A DNA stretch of 64,000 nt, from assembly GCA_022821085.1 (NCBI GenBank), contig JAJEEG010000007.1:22916-86915 (forward strand). The letters run 5' to 3'. Position 1 is the first letter of the stretch. The number at the start of each line of letters is the position of its first letter. This stretch comes from Candidatus Latescibacterota bacterium (GTDB taxonomy: Bacteria > JAAXHH01). The translations under genes were made by a program, and so were the position numbers. A model generated the notes under the pieces. It worked only from the letters and a program-made list of their open reading frames with translations, was not told where the DNA came from and made no database searches. Positions 50,758 to 61,900 of this stretch are shown here, piece after piece.

Positions 50758-51798
50758 CTAAATCCGCCACGTCTCCAGCACAGACTCCTCGACCGGGGAA
50801 GGTTCGAGGATGCGCTCGGCATCTGCGTAGCGGCAGGTCACCGGCGTACCGGGATCGGCCTTCGATCCCGCGTACCGCACGGTCATGCCCGCGATCTGCC
50901 GAAGGTCGTCGTCGGTGGGATGGCCTTCGACCAGGGTGGTCGGCCCCGTGACGTCCTTCGTTTCCAATCTCCACCGGCCCGGAGTGTAGCGCTCCAGGAA
51001 CTTGTTCTCCCCTTCCTCTCTGCCCATCACCACTTTCACATCGGGTTTGACGCGGAAGTGGCGGCCGATCTTGAGGAGCATCACGTCGTCCATGGTCAGA
51101 TTCTCCTTGCCCTCGTGATCGAAGAAGTCGAGGATGCGACGGCCGAAATTCTCATCGGTCAGGTAGCAGCAGCCCCCCGCGGGCGAAGGATAGTCCTCGA
51201 TGCCGTACTCCTCGGCCAGTTCCATCTGCTTCTGGCGGGAACGCCCCTGAATATCACCCAGTTTCTCACGGTCCACCCACCCCTCCTGTTCCGGTACGGT
51301 GGGCGGCAGGCGCTTCGCGGAAAGGGGCCGCAGCAGCAGGCCGTCCAGTTCGGCGTCACGGTCGATGACGTTCATGGGCTGGCGGCGCTGGGACATGGGC
51401 CGCTGGCCGAGGACCTCGCCGGTGAACATGAACTGGGCGCCGATCTCGTCCATGTACTGCCGGGCGCGGCGGAACATGAAGATGCGGCAGTCGATACATG
51501 GATTCACGGTTTTACCGTAACCGTACTTCGGATCGGTCAGGACTTTCAGGTAGTCCGGACCGGAGATGTCGATCATCTCGACGGGCAGGTCCAGCTTGGC
51601 GCCGGCCTGCAGGGCCTCGTTGCGCACCGGTTTCTTGCGCTTCCGCGTCTTGGACCTGCGGTTGTGCTCGACCACGCAGAAGCCGGTGTAGAAGGTGAGC
51701 CCCTGTATTTCGATGCCCTGCCTCATCAGCATGGCGGCCGCGATCGTGCTGTCCAGTCCGCCGGACAGCAATCCGACTGCTTTCACGGGTTTGGACAT
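50758..51798 (-). CDS. PP-loop ATP pyrophosphatase (ThiI/MnmA-like tRNA sulfurtransferase family)
   Basis: ORF 50758..51948. ATG 51798 has a GGGGGA SD. The PP-loop is MSKPVKAVGLLSGGLDSTIAA, the Cys motif is NPCIDCRIFMF, and FTGEVLGQRPMSQ follows. Confidence 0.7.
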   Translation of the reverse strand: MSKPVKAVGLLSGGLDSTIAAAMLMRQGIEIQGLTFYTGFCVVEHNRRSKTRKRKKPVRNEALQAGAKLDLPVEMIDISGPDYLKVLTDPKYGYGKTVNPCIDCRIFMFRRARQYMDEIGAQFMFTGEVLGQRPMSQRRQPMNVIDRDAELDGLLLRPLSAKRLPPTVPEQEGWVDREKLGDIQGRSRQKQMELAEEYGIEDYPSPAGGCCYLTDENFGRRILDFFDHEGKENLTMDDVMLLKIGRHFRVKPDVKVVMGREEGENKFLERYTPGRWRLETKDVTGPTTLVEGHPTDDDLRQIAGMTVRYAGSKADPGTPVTCRYADAERILEPSPVEESVLETWRI

Positions 51799-51811
51799 GG
51801 TCGCTTCCCCC

Positions 51812-52888
51812 TTATACCCCGATCGACGCCCGCAGCGTTTCCGCCACCCGGCGGAAAGCTTCCGTCTGCTGCGAGTCAGGTTCCTGCCGGACGATGGGGG
51901 TACCCTGGTCACCCGCCTGGCAGACCGCCGGATCGATGGGCAATGCACCGACGAAGGGCACGCCCAGCGCCTCGCTGGCCCGCTTTCCTCCGCCTGTCGT
52001 GAAGATATCCGTGCGCTCGCCGCAGTGGGGACAGTTGAAATAGCTCATGTTCTCGATGATGCCGAGTATGGGCACGTTGACCTGCTGGAACATGGCCACG
52101 CCGCGCCGCGCGTCGATGAGGGCCACGTCCTGCGGCGTCGTCACCACCAGGCCGCCGGTCAGCGGCACGGACTGGGTCAGCGTCAGGTGCGCGTCTCCCG
52201 TGCCCGGCGGCATGTCGATGACCAGGCAGTCCAGCTCTCCCCACAGGACGTCGCGCAAGAGCTGCTGCACGGCCTGGTGGACCATGGGGCCCCGCCAGGT
52301 GACCGACTGGTCTTCCGGGATCAGGAATCCGAAGGACATCATCTTTATGTCATGGGCGATCATGGGCAGGATCTTCTGTCCCACCACGCCGGGCTGGTCC
52401 TTGACGCCCATCATGGTCGGGATGCTGGGGCCGTAGATGTCGGCGTCGAGCAGGCCCACGCTCGCGCCGTCGTCGGCCAGGGCCACCGACAGGTTCACCG
52501 AGACCGTGGACTTGCCCACGCCGCCCTTGCCACTGGCCACCGCCACGATGGTCTTCACCCCAGGCAGTTCGATCTTGCCGGGCTGCCCGGCCTGCCCGTG
52601 CTGGCCCGCGGCGGGTCCCTGGGCCGTGGCCGATTGGCCCGGCGGCGGTCCGGTGATCTGCACGTCCTGCACACCGGGCATGCGCTCCACGGCTTCCTTC
52701 GCCGTCATCGTGATCTGGCGCCGGGTGGATTCGTCCTGCGTGGAAAAGGCCAGGCTGAAGGCCACGTGACCACCGGAGGCCTGCACGTTCTTCACCAGGC
52801 CGAAGGAGACGATGTCGCGGTCGAATCCCGGGTACATGATCTGCTTCAACCGGTCCACCACGTCCCGCATGTTCACTTCATGGGCCAT
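51812..52888 (-). CDS. apbC: Mrp/ApbC/NBP35-family Fe-S cluster carrier ATPase
   Basis: ORF 51812..52957. ATG 52888 (MAHEVNMRDVV) is preferred. The N-terminal domain is DUF59-like. The deviant Walker A is VASGKGGVGKST and the CxxC motif is CPHCGE. Confidence 0.88.
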   Translation of the reverse strand: MAHEVNMRDVVDRLKQIMYPGFDRDIVSFGLVKNVQASGGHVAFSLAFSTQDESTRRQITMTAKEAVERMPGVQDVQITGPPPGQSATAQGPAAGQHGQAGQPGKIELPGVKTIVAVASGKGGVGKSTVSVNLSVALADDGASVGLLDADIYGPSIPTMMGVKDQPGVVGQKILPMIAHDIKMMSFGFLIPEDQSVTWRGPMVHQAVQQLLRDVLWGELDCLVIDMPPGTGDAHLTLTQSVPLTGGLVVTTPQDVALIDARRGVAMFQQVNVPILGIIENMSYFNCPHCGERTDIFTTGGGKRASEALGVPFVGALPIDPAVCQAGDQGTPIVRQEPDSQQTEAFRRVAETLRASIGV

Positions 52889-53057
52889 CTTTTGCTCCTG
52901 CTCCTGATTCTGCTCGGCGGCACTGCGCCGCGCAAACGCCGCATTTCCTTCCGGCAACCACCGGTGGCCGGACAGGCAACCACCGATGGTCGAACAAGCA
53001 ACCTGCCGATGGTCGAATCTCGTTGCGCAAAATACATTCCGGGACGCGCCATTGCAA

Positions 53058-53291
53058 TCATTTTACCTTTCTCACGTACAGCTTGTATTCTTCATCTTCC
53101 TCGATGGTGTCGAGCAGGGCGTGCCCGTTACTCGCACACCAGGCCGGCATGTCCTCCAGGATCTGGGGATCGTCGGCCAGCACTTCCAGCACTTCCCCTA
53201 CGGCGATCTCTCGGATGGCCGACGCGGTCTTCATGATCGGCACGGGACAGAGCAGGCCGAAAGTGTCGAGGGTCAAGACCGGCTGGATCAC
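53058..53291 (-). CDS. tusA: TusA/SirA-family sulfurtransferase
   Basis: 77 aa with the CPxP motif LDTFGLLCPVPIMK. Confidence 0.85.
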   Translation of the reverse strand: MIQPVLTLDTFGLLCPVPIMKTASAIREIAVGEVLEVLADDPQILEDMPAWCASNGHALLDTIEEDEEYKLYVRKVK

Positions 53292-53372
53292 GGTTCGTCG
53301 AGCCTCCCATTTCCATACTGCGTCGGTCGTCCGCGCGGTGGCGTCGGTCGTCTGTACTGCCGCGCCCGCCTC

Positions 53373-54524
53373 CTATACCGTCACGCCGGCGATGGCGCGC
53401 AGTTCTCCCACGACTTCGGTGAGCGCGTCCAGTGCCTCGCCGACCTCGGCTTCCTCGGTGTCCGGGCCGGCGGTGATCAGCAGCGAGCACCGGGCTTCGG
53501 CCGCCGTCCGGCCCAGGGCCAGCAGCACGTGGGAGGGCTTGGCCGCGTGGGCGGCGCACGAGGAACCGACAGAAACGGCGATGCCCCGGGCGTCGAGCAT
53601 CAGGACCGCGGATTCGCCGTCGGCCTCGGGTATCCACAGGTTGATGTGACCCGGCAGGCGCAGATCGGGATGCCCATTGATGGAGGCATCCGGCAGGCGG
53701 TCCCTCAAACCACGCAACAGCGATTCGTCCAGCCGCCTCAAGCGGTCGATCCGGCCGGGCAACTCATCCACCGCCAACTCCGCCGCCCGGCCGAAACCCA
53801 CGATCGCCGGGATGTTCTCATGTCCGCCGCGCCGGCCGTCTTCCTGAACGCCTCCTTCCACCTGGGGACGCAGCCGGGTGCCGGCCTTCACGTAGAGGGC
53901 TCCGGCGCCTGGCGGGCCGTTCAGGGACCGGGCGGAAAGGGACAAGGCGTCCACGTTCAGCTCGTGAACGTCGACGGTCAGGCGCCCCATGGCAGCCACG
54001 GCATCGGTGTGGACGGCCGCACCGTTCCGGTGGGCGATCTCGGCGATTTCGCGCACGGGCTGGATCGTGCCGGTCTCATCGTTGGCGCACATGACGGAAA
54101 CGAGTACGGTATCGTCCCGCAGGACCCGCGCGACCTGGTCGGGCTGCACGATGCCGTCCCCGCCGGCAGGGACCTCCGTGAGGGTAAACCCCTGGCGCTC
54201 CAGCGACTTCGCGGCATACAGCACGGCGTGATGCTCGATACTCGAAACGACGATGTGCCGCCCGCGTTTCGTGCTCGCCTGCGCAATCCCCTTGACGGCC
54301 AGGTTGTCCGCTTCGGTGCCACTCGCCGTGAATATGATCTCGCCGGGATCGGCGCCGATCAGTCCCGATATCCGGCCGCGCGCCGTGTCCAGTGCGTTGC
54401 GCGCCGCTGCACCGGCCCGGTGAAGGCTCGACGGATTGCCGGCGAATTCGCTGAGACAGGGCACCATTTCTTCGATGACACGGGGGTCAACCGGTGGCGC
54501 CGCGCCGTGGTCCAGGTTGATCAT
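53373..54524 (-). CDS. cysteine desulfurase (NifS/IscS, class-V aminotransferase)
   Basis: 383 aa. It has MINLDHGAAPP, FTASGTEADNLAVKG, SIEHHAV and the active-site Cys context VSVGSSCAA. Confidence 0.9.
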   Translation of the reverse strand: MINLDHGAAPPVDPRVIEEMVPCLSEFAGNPSSLHRAGAAARNALDTARGRISGLIGADPGEIIFTASGTEADNLAVKGIAQASTKRGRHIVVSSIEHHAVLYAAKSLERQGFTLTEVPAGGDGIVQPDQVARVLRDDTVLVSVMCANDETGTIQPVREIAEIAHRNGAAVHTDAVAAMGRLTVDVHELNVDALSLSARSLNGPPGAGALYVKAGTRLRPQVEGGVQEDGRRGGHENIPAIVGFGRAAELAVDELPGRIDRLRRLDESLLRGLRDRLPDASINGHPDLRLPGHINLWIPEADGESAVLMLDARGIAVSVGSSCAAHAAKPSHVLLALGRTAAEARCSLLITAGPDTEEAEVGEALDALTEVVGELRAIAGVTV

Positions 54525-54539
54525 GGCAGGGACCGGTTA

Positions 54540-54953
54540 TCAGGTATTGCGTTCCACCCATTCCCGCTCCCCGTCGGGCCGGATCTCCTTCTTCCAGACG
54601 GGCACGATCTGCTTGACGCGGTCGATCGCGTAGGAACAGGCCTCGAATGCGTTTTTCCGGTGGGGGGTCGCCACGGAGATGAGGATGCTGATCTCCCCGA
54701 TTTCGAGCGTGCCGACGCGATGTATCATGGCGACGTCTTCGATGCCCCATTTCTCGCGTATTTCCTCGCCCACTTCCCGCATCTTGGCTTCGGCCATCTC
54801 GGCGTAGGCCTCGTATTCCAGCCGCAGGGTCCGCCGTCCGTCCGAGTGGTCCCGCACGGTACCGGCGAAGGTGACCACCGCCCCGTGGTGCGGCTTGAGG
54901 GACCATTCGAAGAGGGCATCCGGCTTTATATATTCGCTCGTAATCTTGTACAC
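54540..54953 (-). CDS. moaE: molybdopterin synthase catalytic subunit MoaE
   Basis: 137 aa. HGAVVTFAGTVRD, LEYEAYAEMAE, IGEISILISVATPHRKNAFEAC and VPVWKKE fit MoaE. Confidence 0.85.
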   Translation of the reverse strand: MYKITSEYIKPDALFEWSLKPHHGAVVTFAGTVRDHSDGRRTLRLEYEAYAEMAEAKMREVGEEIREKWGIEDVAMIHRVGTLEIGEISILISVATPHRKNAFEACSYAIDRVKQIVPVWKKEIRPDGEREWVERNT

Positions 54954-54971
54954 GCGCTTTAAACTGCCTCT

Positions 54972-55232
54972 TTATGGAGGATCAGCGCCGCCCCCGCTCA
55001 CCGGCGGAATGCACGCCAGTTCGTCTCCATCTGCCAGCACGGACTGCCGGTCGGCGTATTCGCGGTTCACGGCCAGCATCACGCTCCGGTCGTAACTCGC
55101 CAGGGCGGGATAGGAATCGACAAGCTCCGCAAAGGCCTCGCCCACGGTGGTCCCCGCCGGGAGATCTACCGCAACCGACGCCGCGCCTACCGCGTCCTTG
55201 CATCCTGCGAAACATTTGACGATGATCCGCAT
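54972..55232 (-). CDS. moaD: MoaD/ThiS-family sulfur-carrier protein with residues after the di-Gly
   Basis: 86 aa with a beta-grasp-like sequence. It ends ...DELACIPPVSGG-GADPP, so five residues follow the usual C-terminal GG. Confidence 0.75.
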   Translation of the reverse strand: MRIIVKCFAGCKDAVGAASVAVDLPAGTTVGEAFAELVDSYPALASYDRSVMLAVNREYADRQSVLADGDELACIPPVSGGGADPP

Positions 55233-55372
55233 GGCGGTCCTTTGCAGGCGTCAGTCGTAGTCGGGAAAACCGTTACAGGATAAGGCAAAAACGCCCGAAT
55301 GTCAAGCGGGGCGCGTGTTCAGGATCGGGATGACTCGCTGTCCGGGAAACACGTGAAACGGAGTGTAGACGA

Positions 55373-55505
55373 GGTATCGACACCGGGTGCAGGGGCGATC
55401 TTGACGGAGTGGAATGGGCAGCCGGGCAGGAGCGATCTTGACGGAGTGGAATCGATACCGGGTGCAGGGGCGATCTATGACGGAGTGGAATGGGCAGCCG
55501 GGCAG
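55373..55505. repeat. complex interleaved direct repeats (three copies of gcgatctWtgacggagtggaat, two each of atcgaYaccgggtgcagg and gggcagccgggcag)
   Basis: Direct reading of the 55373-55505 intergenic region upstream of moaD. Confidence 0.75.
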
Positions 55506-55540
55506 CTTCCGGGAAAGGGCAACCGGGCGGCTACCTGAAA

Positions 55541-55630
55541 TTCCGCCGGGAAACCGGACATCCCGTCGGTAAACCGGACATCCCGCCGGGAAACCCGACA
55601 TCCCGCCGGGAAACCCGACATTCCGCCGGG
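55541..55630. repeat. 20-nt tandem repeat, about 4.5 copies (tcccgccgggaaacccgaca)
   Basis: ttccgccgggaaaccggaca tcccgtcggtaaaccggaca tcccgccgggaaacccgaca tcccgccgggaaacccgaca ttccgccggg. The units abut with no spacers. Confidence 0.85.
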
Positions 55631-55632
55631 TC

Positions 55633-55749
55633 CTAATCCAACTTTCTTACCCGGTAAAAACAGACTGCGGTCAGGCCCGTGATCACGGTCCATGCGAGGA
55701 TGAGAAAGACCCATCCGCCCGTGGTCAACTCGGTGGCTTGTTGTTCCAT
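55633..55749 (-). CDS. possible 38-aa single-TM small protein
   Basis: My own translation gives MEQQATELTTGGWVFLILAWTVITGLTAVCFYRVRKLD. It is below the ORF-track cutoff and I am not confident of any family. Confidence 0.3.
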   Translation of the reverse strand: MEQQATELTTGGWVFLILAWTVITGLTAVCFYRVRKLD

Positions 55750-55996
55750 GGGAAGCAGGCTCCAGGTTTCGTTTTCATCATCGGGGCCGAAGACGCTCGT
55801 GCGAAGGCGACCGCGCGATCATGGCGCGCAAGATTACGCTAATCCTGCCGGCGGGCCGTGTCAAGTCTTTTGCCGGCGGGCTTCCCGGCTTGGAACGCGG
55901 CTTCCCGGCATGGAACGCAAGGTATCCTTCGGTCGTCCTTCCGACGTATCAACAGGTATTGCGAGCGTCGCTTCCCAGGTATATTTTCGTTAATCT

Positions 55997-58900
55997 ATGA
56001 AACGCATTTTCACGATTTTACTCAGCCTCGTGCTGGCATCCGCGTGGACCTTCGCCACACAGGCGCAGGTAGAAGGCCCAGCGATCCGGCTCGAAAGCGC
56101 ACGGCTGCACGTCGTCACTTTCGAAGAGGTTGACGAAATCGCCCGCGGGCTAAGCAAACCACCGCTGCGTACGCTCTCCGATACGCCCTGGACATTCGGC
56201 GGCCGGACCGTCATCTATCCCGATCTCCAGCTCGTGGCTTACATCGACGAGGAAAGCGGACTCGGCCGGCGCGTGCCGCTGGTCCTTTCCTTCGACCAGT
56301 ATTACCGGCTGCGCAGCGCAGCCCAGTTCAGGAAACTGTGGCGGACGTCCGTGGTGTCCTACGTCTTCGAAACCCAAACGCGACTCAGCGAGGAAGGGCT
56401 GCTGACCCTTGATGTGCCGGTGAACCTGCCAACGTTTCTGGGCGGCGGCTCGCCCGTAATCCGGATTCTCGGAAACCAGCGCATCGAGATGGACATGGCC
56501 AGCGAATGGACCGAAGGCAGCGCGAGCACGGCGACGAACCGGTTTTCCCGCGCGCCCAACGTGTCCATGAAGCAGAACCAGGAATTTACCGTGACGGGGA
56601 ACATCGGCGAGAAGATCGAGGTGAACATCAAGCAGAACAGCGAAGCGTTCACCGATCTGGACAACAACCTCGCCATCCGCTACCAGGATGTCTTCGACGA
56701 TGGACGGGAAGGAAACGGCATCTTGAAGAGTTTCGAAGCGGGCAATGTTTCTCTCGAGCTGAAGAACACGGAGTTCACGGGCTACACGCAGCAGCACACC
56801 GGACTGTTCGGAATCAAGACGACGGGCCAACTCGGCGGCTTCCACCTGACCGCGATTGCCAGCCAGGAGAAAGGGGAAGGGGAATCCGCCACGTTCCAGG
56901 CGGGCTCGCAGGGTTCCAGCCGGACGATCAGGGACCTCGACTTCAGGCGCAGGACCTACTATTTCATCGACGAACGGTATCGCCGGAACTTTTCGCGCAG
57001 GGACGTAAACGGTTCCCACATCGCGGCGGAGGACTCTGTCCGGTTGATCCAGGTCTACGTGGCGGGGCAGGTGACCCTCACCAACCAGGCCAGGCTGGTC
57101 AATGCCAGCGCCTTCCCGGAGCCCCCGGTGTACGATGCTGACGGCGTGCTCATCCACGGCTCCGAGGAGGGTGAATTCATTGAAGGAAAGTTCAGATACC
57201 TGGAGTCCGACGAGTTTTACGTAAACGAACAATTCGGCTACATCGCACTGAATACGCCTTTGCAGGAAGACGACATGCTCGCGGTGTACTATGAGACCGT
57301 GAGCCTGGACGGAGAAGTCATAAAGTACGGCCGCCTCGACGGCGACGTCCCGCTGCTGCGCCTGCTCAAGCGCCAGCAGGAAAGGCCTCCCGATGTGCAG
57401 GACGATCCCTCCCAGTGGGGTACCTGGCAGTACGAATGGCGAAACGTGTATTACCTGGGCCAGACGGATATCGATCCGAACAACTTCGACCTGAGGATCT
57501 ACCGTATCGAGTCCGAAGGCGAACACAGCGAGATCGACGAGAACGGAACGCCCTACGTCCAGCTGCTGGGACTCGACCGCAGGGGAGTGGACGCCCACTC
57601 CGAGCCCGACCGGCGTGTCGATATCGACTACTCGCTGATCAATTTCGAGCGGGGCGAACTGATCTTCCCCGACCAGTATCCCTTCGCGCCGATGCTGACC
57701 CGGAACTCCGCCGGACAACTGGCCTATCCGGATACCCAGGAGGAAGGCCTTCCTGACGAAACGCCCGGGATATACAACCTTTCGAACGAGCAGATCATCA
57801 CCGAGCACAACAGGCTGCACAAGTATTTCCTGGAGGTCGAATACCGAAACCAGTTGTCCCAGTATGCGCTCGGTCGGACCAACATCATCGAGGGGAGTGA
57901 AATCGTCCGGTTGAACGGCCAGCAACTGCAGCGGGGTACGGACTACATCATTCTGTACGAGGTCGGACAGATACGCTTCACGAATGAGGAAGCCCTGACC
58001 CCGGATGCCGACGTGACCGTCCAGTTTCAGTTCGCACCGTTCTTCAAGCCCGTGTCGAACACCCTGCTCGGGCTGCAGGGCGAATACCAGTTCAGCGAAC
58101 GGTCCTGGATTAAGGGCACCCTCTTGTACCGGTCCGACAAGTCCCTGGAACAGAAATCACGGATCGGCCGCGAAACCGGGCGCTACATGATGTGGGGGAT
58201 CGATGCGCGCCTGGAATTCGAACCGGACTTTATGACTTCCTTCATGGATTTCATCTCCCCCGCGGACCTCGGGGACGAGGCGTCCTCGCTGATCATCGAG
58301 GCCGAGCTGGCCCAGAGCGTGCCCAACCCCAATATACTGGGCGACGGGTTCATCGACGATTTTGAAGGAAGCAAGGAGGAAACCGACCTGGGCGTGCGCC
58401 GCAGCGGCTGGCGGCCGTCCAGTCCGCCCGATCGGCACACGCACGGCCAGCGGGGCCGGTTGATCTGGTACAATCCCCTGGAGCAGGTCGACGTCCGTCA
58501 GATCTATCCAACGCGCGAGGTCACGGGCCGCGACCAGCTGCAGCATGTGCTGATCATGGAGTTCGATCCCACGGAACCCGACCTGCGCTGGGGCGGTATT
58601 CACGCGGATTCTACCTTCAACGCGCCGGGGCAGCCAAACGGGCCGGATGACCTGCTGAACCGTTGGGCCGGGTTGATGCATCCGCTGGCCGGTGGCTACG
58701 TCGACCAGACGCGCAGCCGTTTCATCGAGTTGTGGGTGAATGGAAACCGTGGCGAACTGCACGTCGACCTCGGGGTGATCAGCGAGGACGTCAACGACGA
58801 CGGTCGGCTGGATACGGAAGATGACCGAAGCGACGGTTTCGGAAACAATCTCCTGGAACCCGAAGAAGATATCGGGCTGGACGGCCTGCGGGACGAGGAC

Positions 58901-61900
58901 GAGACCGGTTTCGATGCGGTGACGAATCCGGACCCGCACGGGGACAACTTCGCCTTCGAAGGCACGCAGGGCGGCAACGTGCCGGTCGACCTGGTCGACT
59001 ACAGCAGGATCAACGGACCGGAAGTCAATGCCAGCGATCCGGACCAGAACCGGCGTCCCGATACCGAAGACCTCGATTACTCCGGATTCCTCGATGTGCA
59101 GAACGATTTCTTCAAATTCGTCGTGAATCTGAGTCCGGACCACGAAGACACGATGTTCGTAGCCGGCGGCGACCGGGAGCGATCCAACTGGGAGAACCCG
59201 GACAGCTGGCGCCTGTACCGCATTCCGCTGGACACCGGACTTTCCGGTGCCGAACCGGCCGGCCCGGATCCGACCGGACCGAATCCGCCGGAGGGTGACG
59301 CGGGTGGGCAGGGCAGTGTGGACGCGGAAACGATGGCGGGGGGTTCCTTAACGTCAAACCGGGCGTACGACGGTTCGGTGGGCATGCCGAGATTCGACCG
59401 GATCGAAACGGTCCGGCTTTGGATCACGATGGTGAACGAACCGGTTAAAATGCGCATCGCCTCCATCAACATCGTGGGCAACCAGTGGCAGGAAGACTTT
59501 CAAGGGGCCATCACCGATTCCAGCGGATTCCCTGTACCGGCCGAAAAGCTGGCGGAATACGAAGAAACTTTCGATGTCGCCGTGAAGAATACCTACGACA
59601 ACCCGGGTGATTACACTACGCCACCCGGCGCGATCATCGAATACGATCGGGTAACCGGTCTCCAGGTCAAGGAACAGTCGCTTATCCTCACCTACACCAA
59701 CCTGCAGCCTCACCACAGCGCCGAGGCCTACCGTACCCTGTTTTCCTTCCAGGACTATACGTTGTACAACACCTTGAGACTGTACATCCACGGTTCGGAT
59801 CATTTCGAAGGAGGCCGGTCGCCCGAGTTTTTTATACGATTCGGCAGCGGTGAATACGACTATTACGAATACAGAACCCGCGTGGTCCCGGGCTGGGACG
59901 ATGCGAATCATCTCAGGGTCGTTTTCGACGACCTGACGATTCTGAAAAGCGAAACGGAAGCCGCGCGGGTGACGGCGACGACGGCGGATACCACCTATTC
60001 GGTCATGCTGAGCGACGGGAAGGAACGTCCTGTGCGTTTCAGGGAGGGGCCGCCGGGCACCGGGATCACACTGGCCATCGCAGAGTTGGAAGGGAACAAG
60101 CAGTACAGGGTACTCGGCGCACCCGCGCTGGCCCGGGTCCGCCATATCACGGTCGGGATCTACAACCCTTACGATACCGAACTCGAGGGAGGCGAACTCT
60201 GGCTGGACGAACTGAGGGCCGGTGACGTCCGGCGCGACCGGGGCCTGGCCGGCCGCTTGAAAATAGACGCCGAATTCGCCGACGTGTTCTCGCTGTTCGG
60301 GACCGTCAGAAGCGTGGGCAGCCACTTCCGCCGGATAGGCGGTGAAGAAGCGGGGAGCAGGTCTACCGTTATGAACTTCTCCACCCTGTTGAACCTGGGA
60401 AACATGCTGCCGGAAAACTGGGGGCTGTCCGTTCCGGTGCGCCTTCGCTGGAGGAACGACCACAGGCTGCCCCGGTTGCAGGTCGGCTCCGACATCGTCC
60501 TGCTGAACAGCGAACAGCGCGAAGCACAGCGCACAGAGAACACCGACCGGTCCTTCTCGACTTCAATCTCCAAGCGGACCGGTTCCACGAATCCCTTCGT
60601 CGCCTGGACCCTGGAACGCATCCGGTTCGACTACACGTCGACCAACTATTTCCGGCACTCCGTTTCCAGGATCGATACGACCGGGGCCTACCGGGCAAGG
60701 CTTCAGTACAACCTTACCCCGCGTTCGAGGATCCAGTGGCCGATTCTCGGCTGGATGCCGCTGCCGGATTTCATTTCAGGACTGGCGTTCAACCCGCTCC
60801 CCGTTCGACTGGAGTTGTTCTCGGAGATAAACCGCGACAGGCGGATCTATCTCAACAGGCCGGGGAGAACCGTCTTAGTGGGAGATGCCAGTGAAACCCC
60901 TTCGGTCATTTCGGACCGGAGCGAACGCTTCACCCGGTATCTGAATCGGAATATCCGCGCGATCATGGAACCTTTCAGGTCTTTGAGAATGAACTACAAC
61001 CTTGCCGTTTCCAACGACATGAAGTCCGATTCCACCGTGTCCTTTACCAGCCTGGAATTCGGGCCGGAAACCAGCTTTCGCCAGAACCTGGGCCTCGACT
61101 ACCGGCCCGAAATCACCACCTGGTTCAGGCCTTCCTACAATTTTACCACGTCATACGCGGAAAACAGAAATCCCCAGCTTCAACTTGTCGGCGCATCTCC
61201 GGAAGCGAGGACCATTACGTTCAACAACCAGCAGGGCGTGCGTACCAACGTCAACATGGCCAGGATGATATCGAACGTTTTCGGGAACGCTTCGAGGAGA
61301 TCGGAACCGGGAGATTCCGGATGGTTCAGGCGTAACGTGGCAGACCGGTTTGTCACCGTCTTGAGCAATCTCTCGCCGGTCACCCTCAATTTCACGGTCA
61401 GCCGCAATCAGAACTTCTTCAACGCGGTCTCCCGCCCGACCCTGCGGGAGCGCATGGGACTTTCGGACTACTTTTCCGTACCATTCGATACCCTGGGGAC
61501 CGGTGGCGGGGTTACCGGCATCCAGCGCAACCAGGAATCGGAAGCGAACCGTTCGTCCTTCAACGTCGGAACGGGAATCCGTTTCATGGGAGCATCCTTT
61601 TCCATCCGGCCCACGTGGGTATCGACCCGTAATCGATCCACGAACCTGAACCGGAAGCAGCGCAATACCACGTGGCCGGAAATGAACCTGCGCTGGAGTC
61701 CCAATCCCAGGAGCATGGGCGAATTCGGCCGGCTGTTTCGCCGGATCGAATTGTCCAGCGGTTTCTCGAGACGCAACAGCAAGAGTACCGACCTGAAGCA
61801 ACAGGACCTGGCGGTCGCGCAGGGCGCCGCGACGGGTGATTCGGACCCCGGCGAATCCGGCATCACCCGCACGACCACGACGACCCTGTCTCCACTGTTC

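Noticed and set aside
55541-55630. A CRISPR array.
   Set aside because: The 20-nt units abut without spacers and no cas genes are present. This is a simple tandem repeat.
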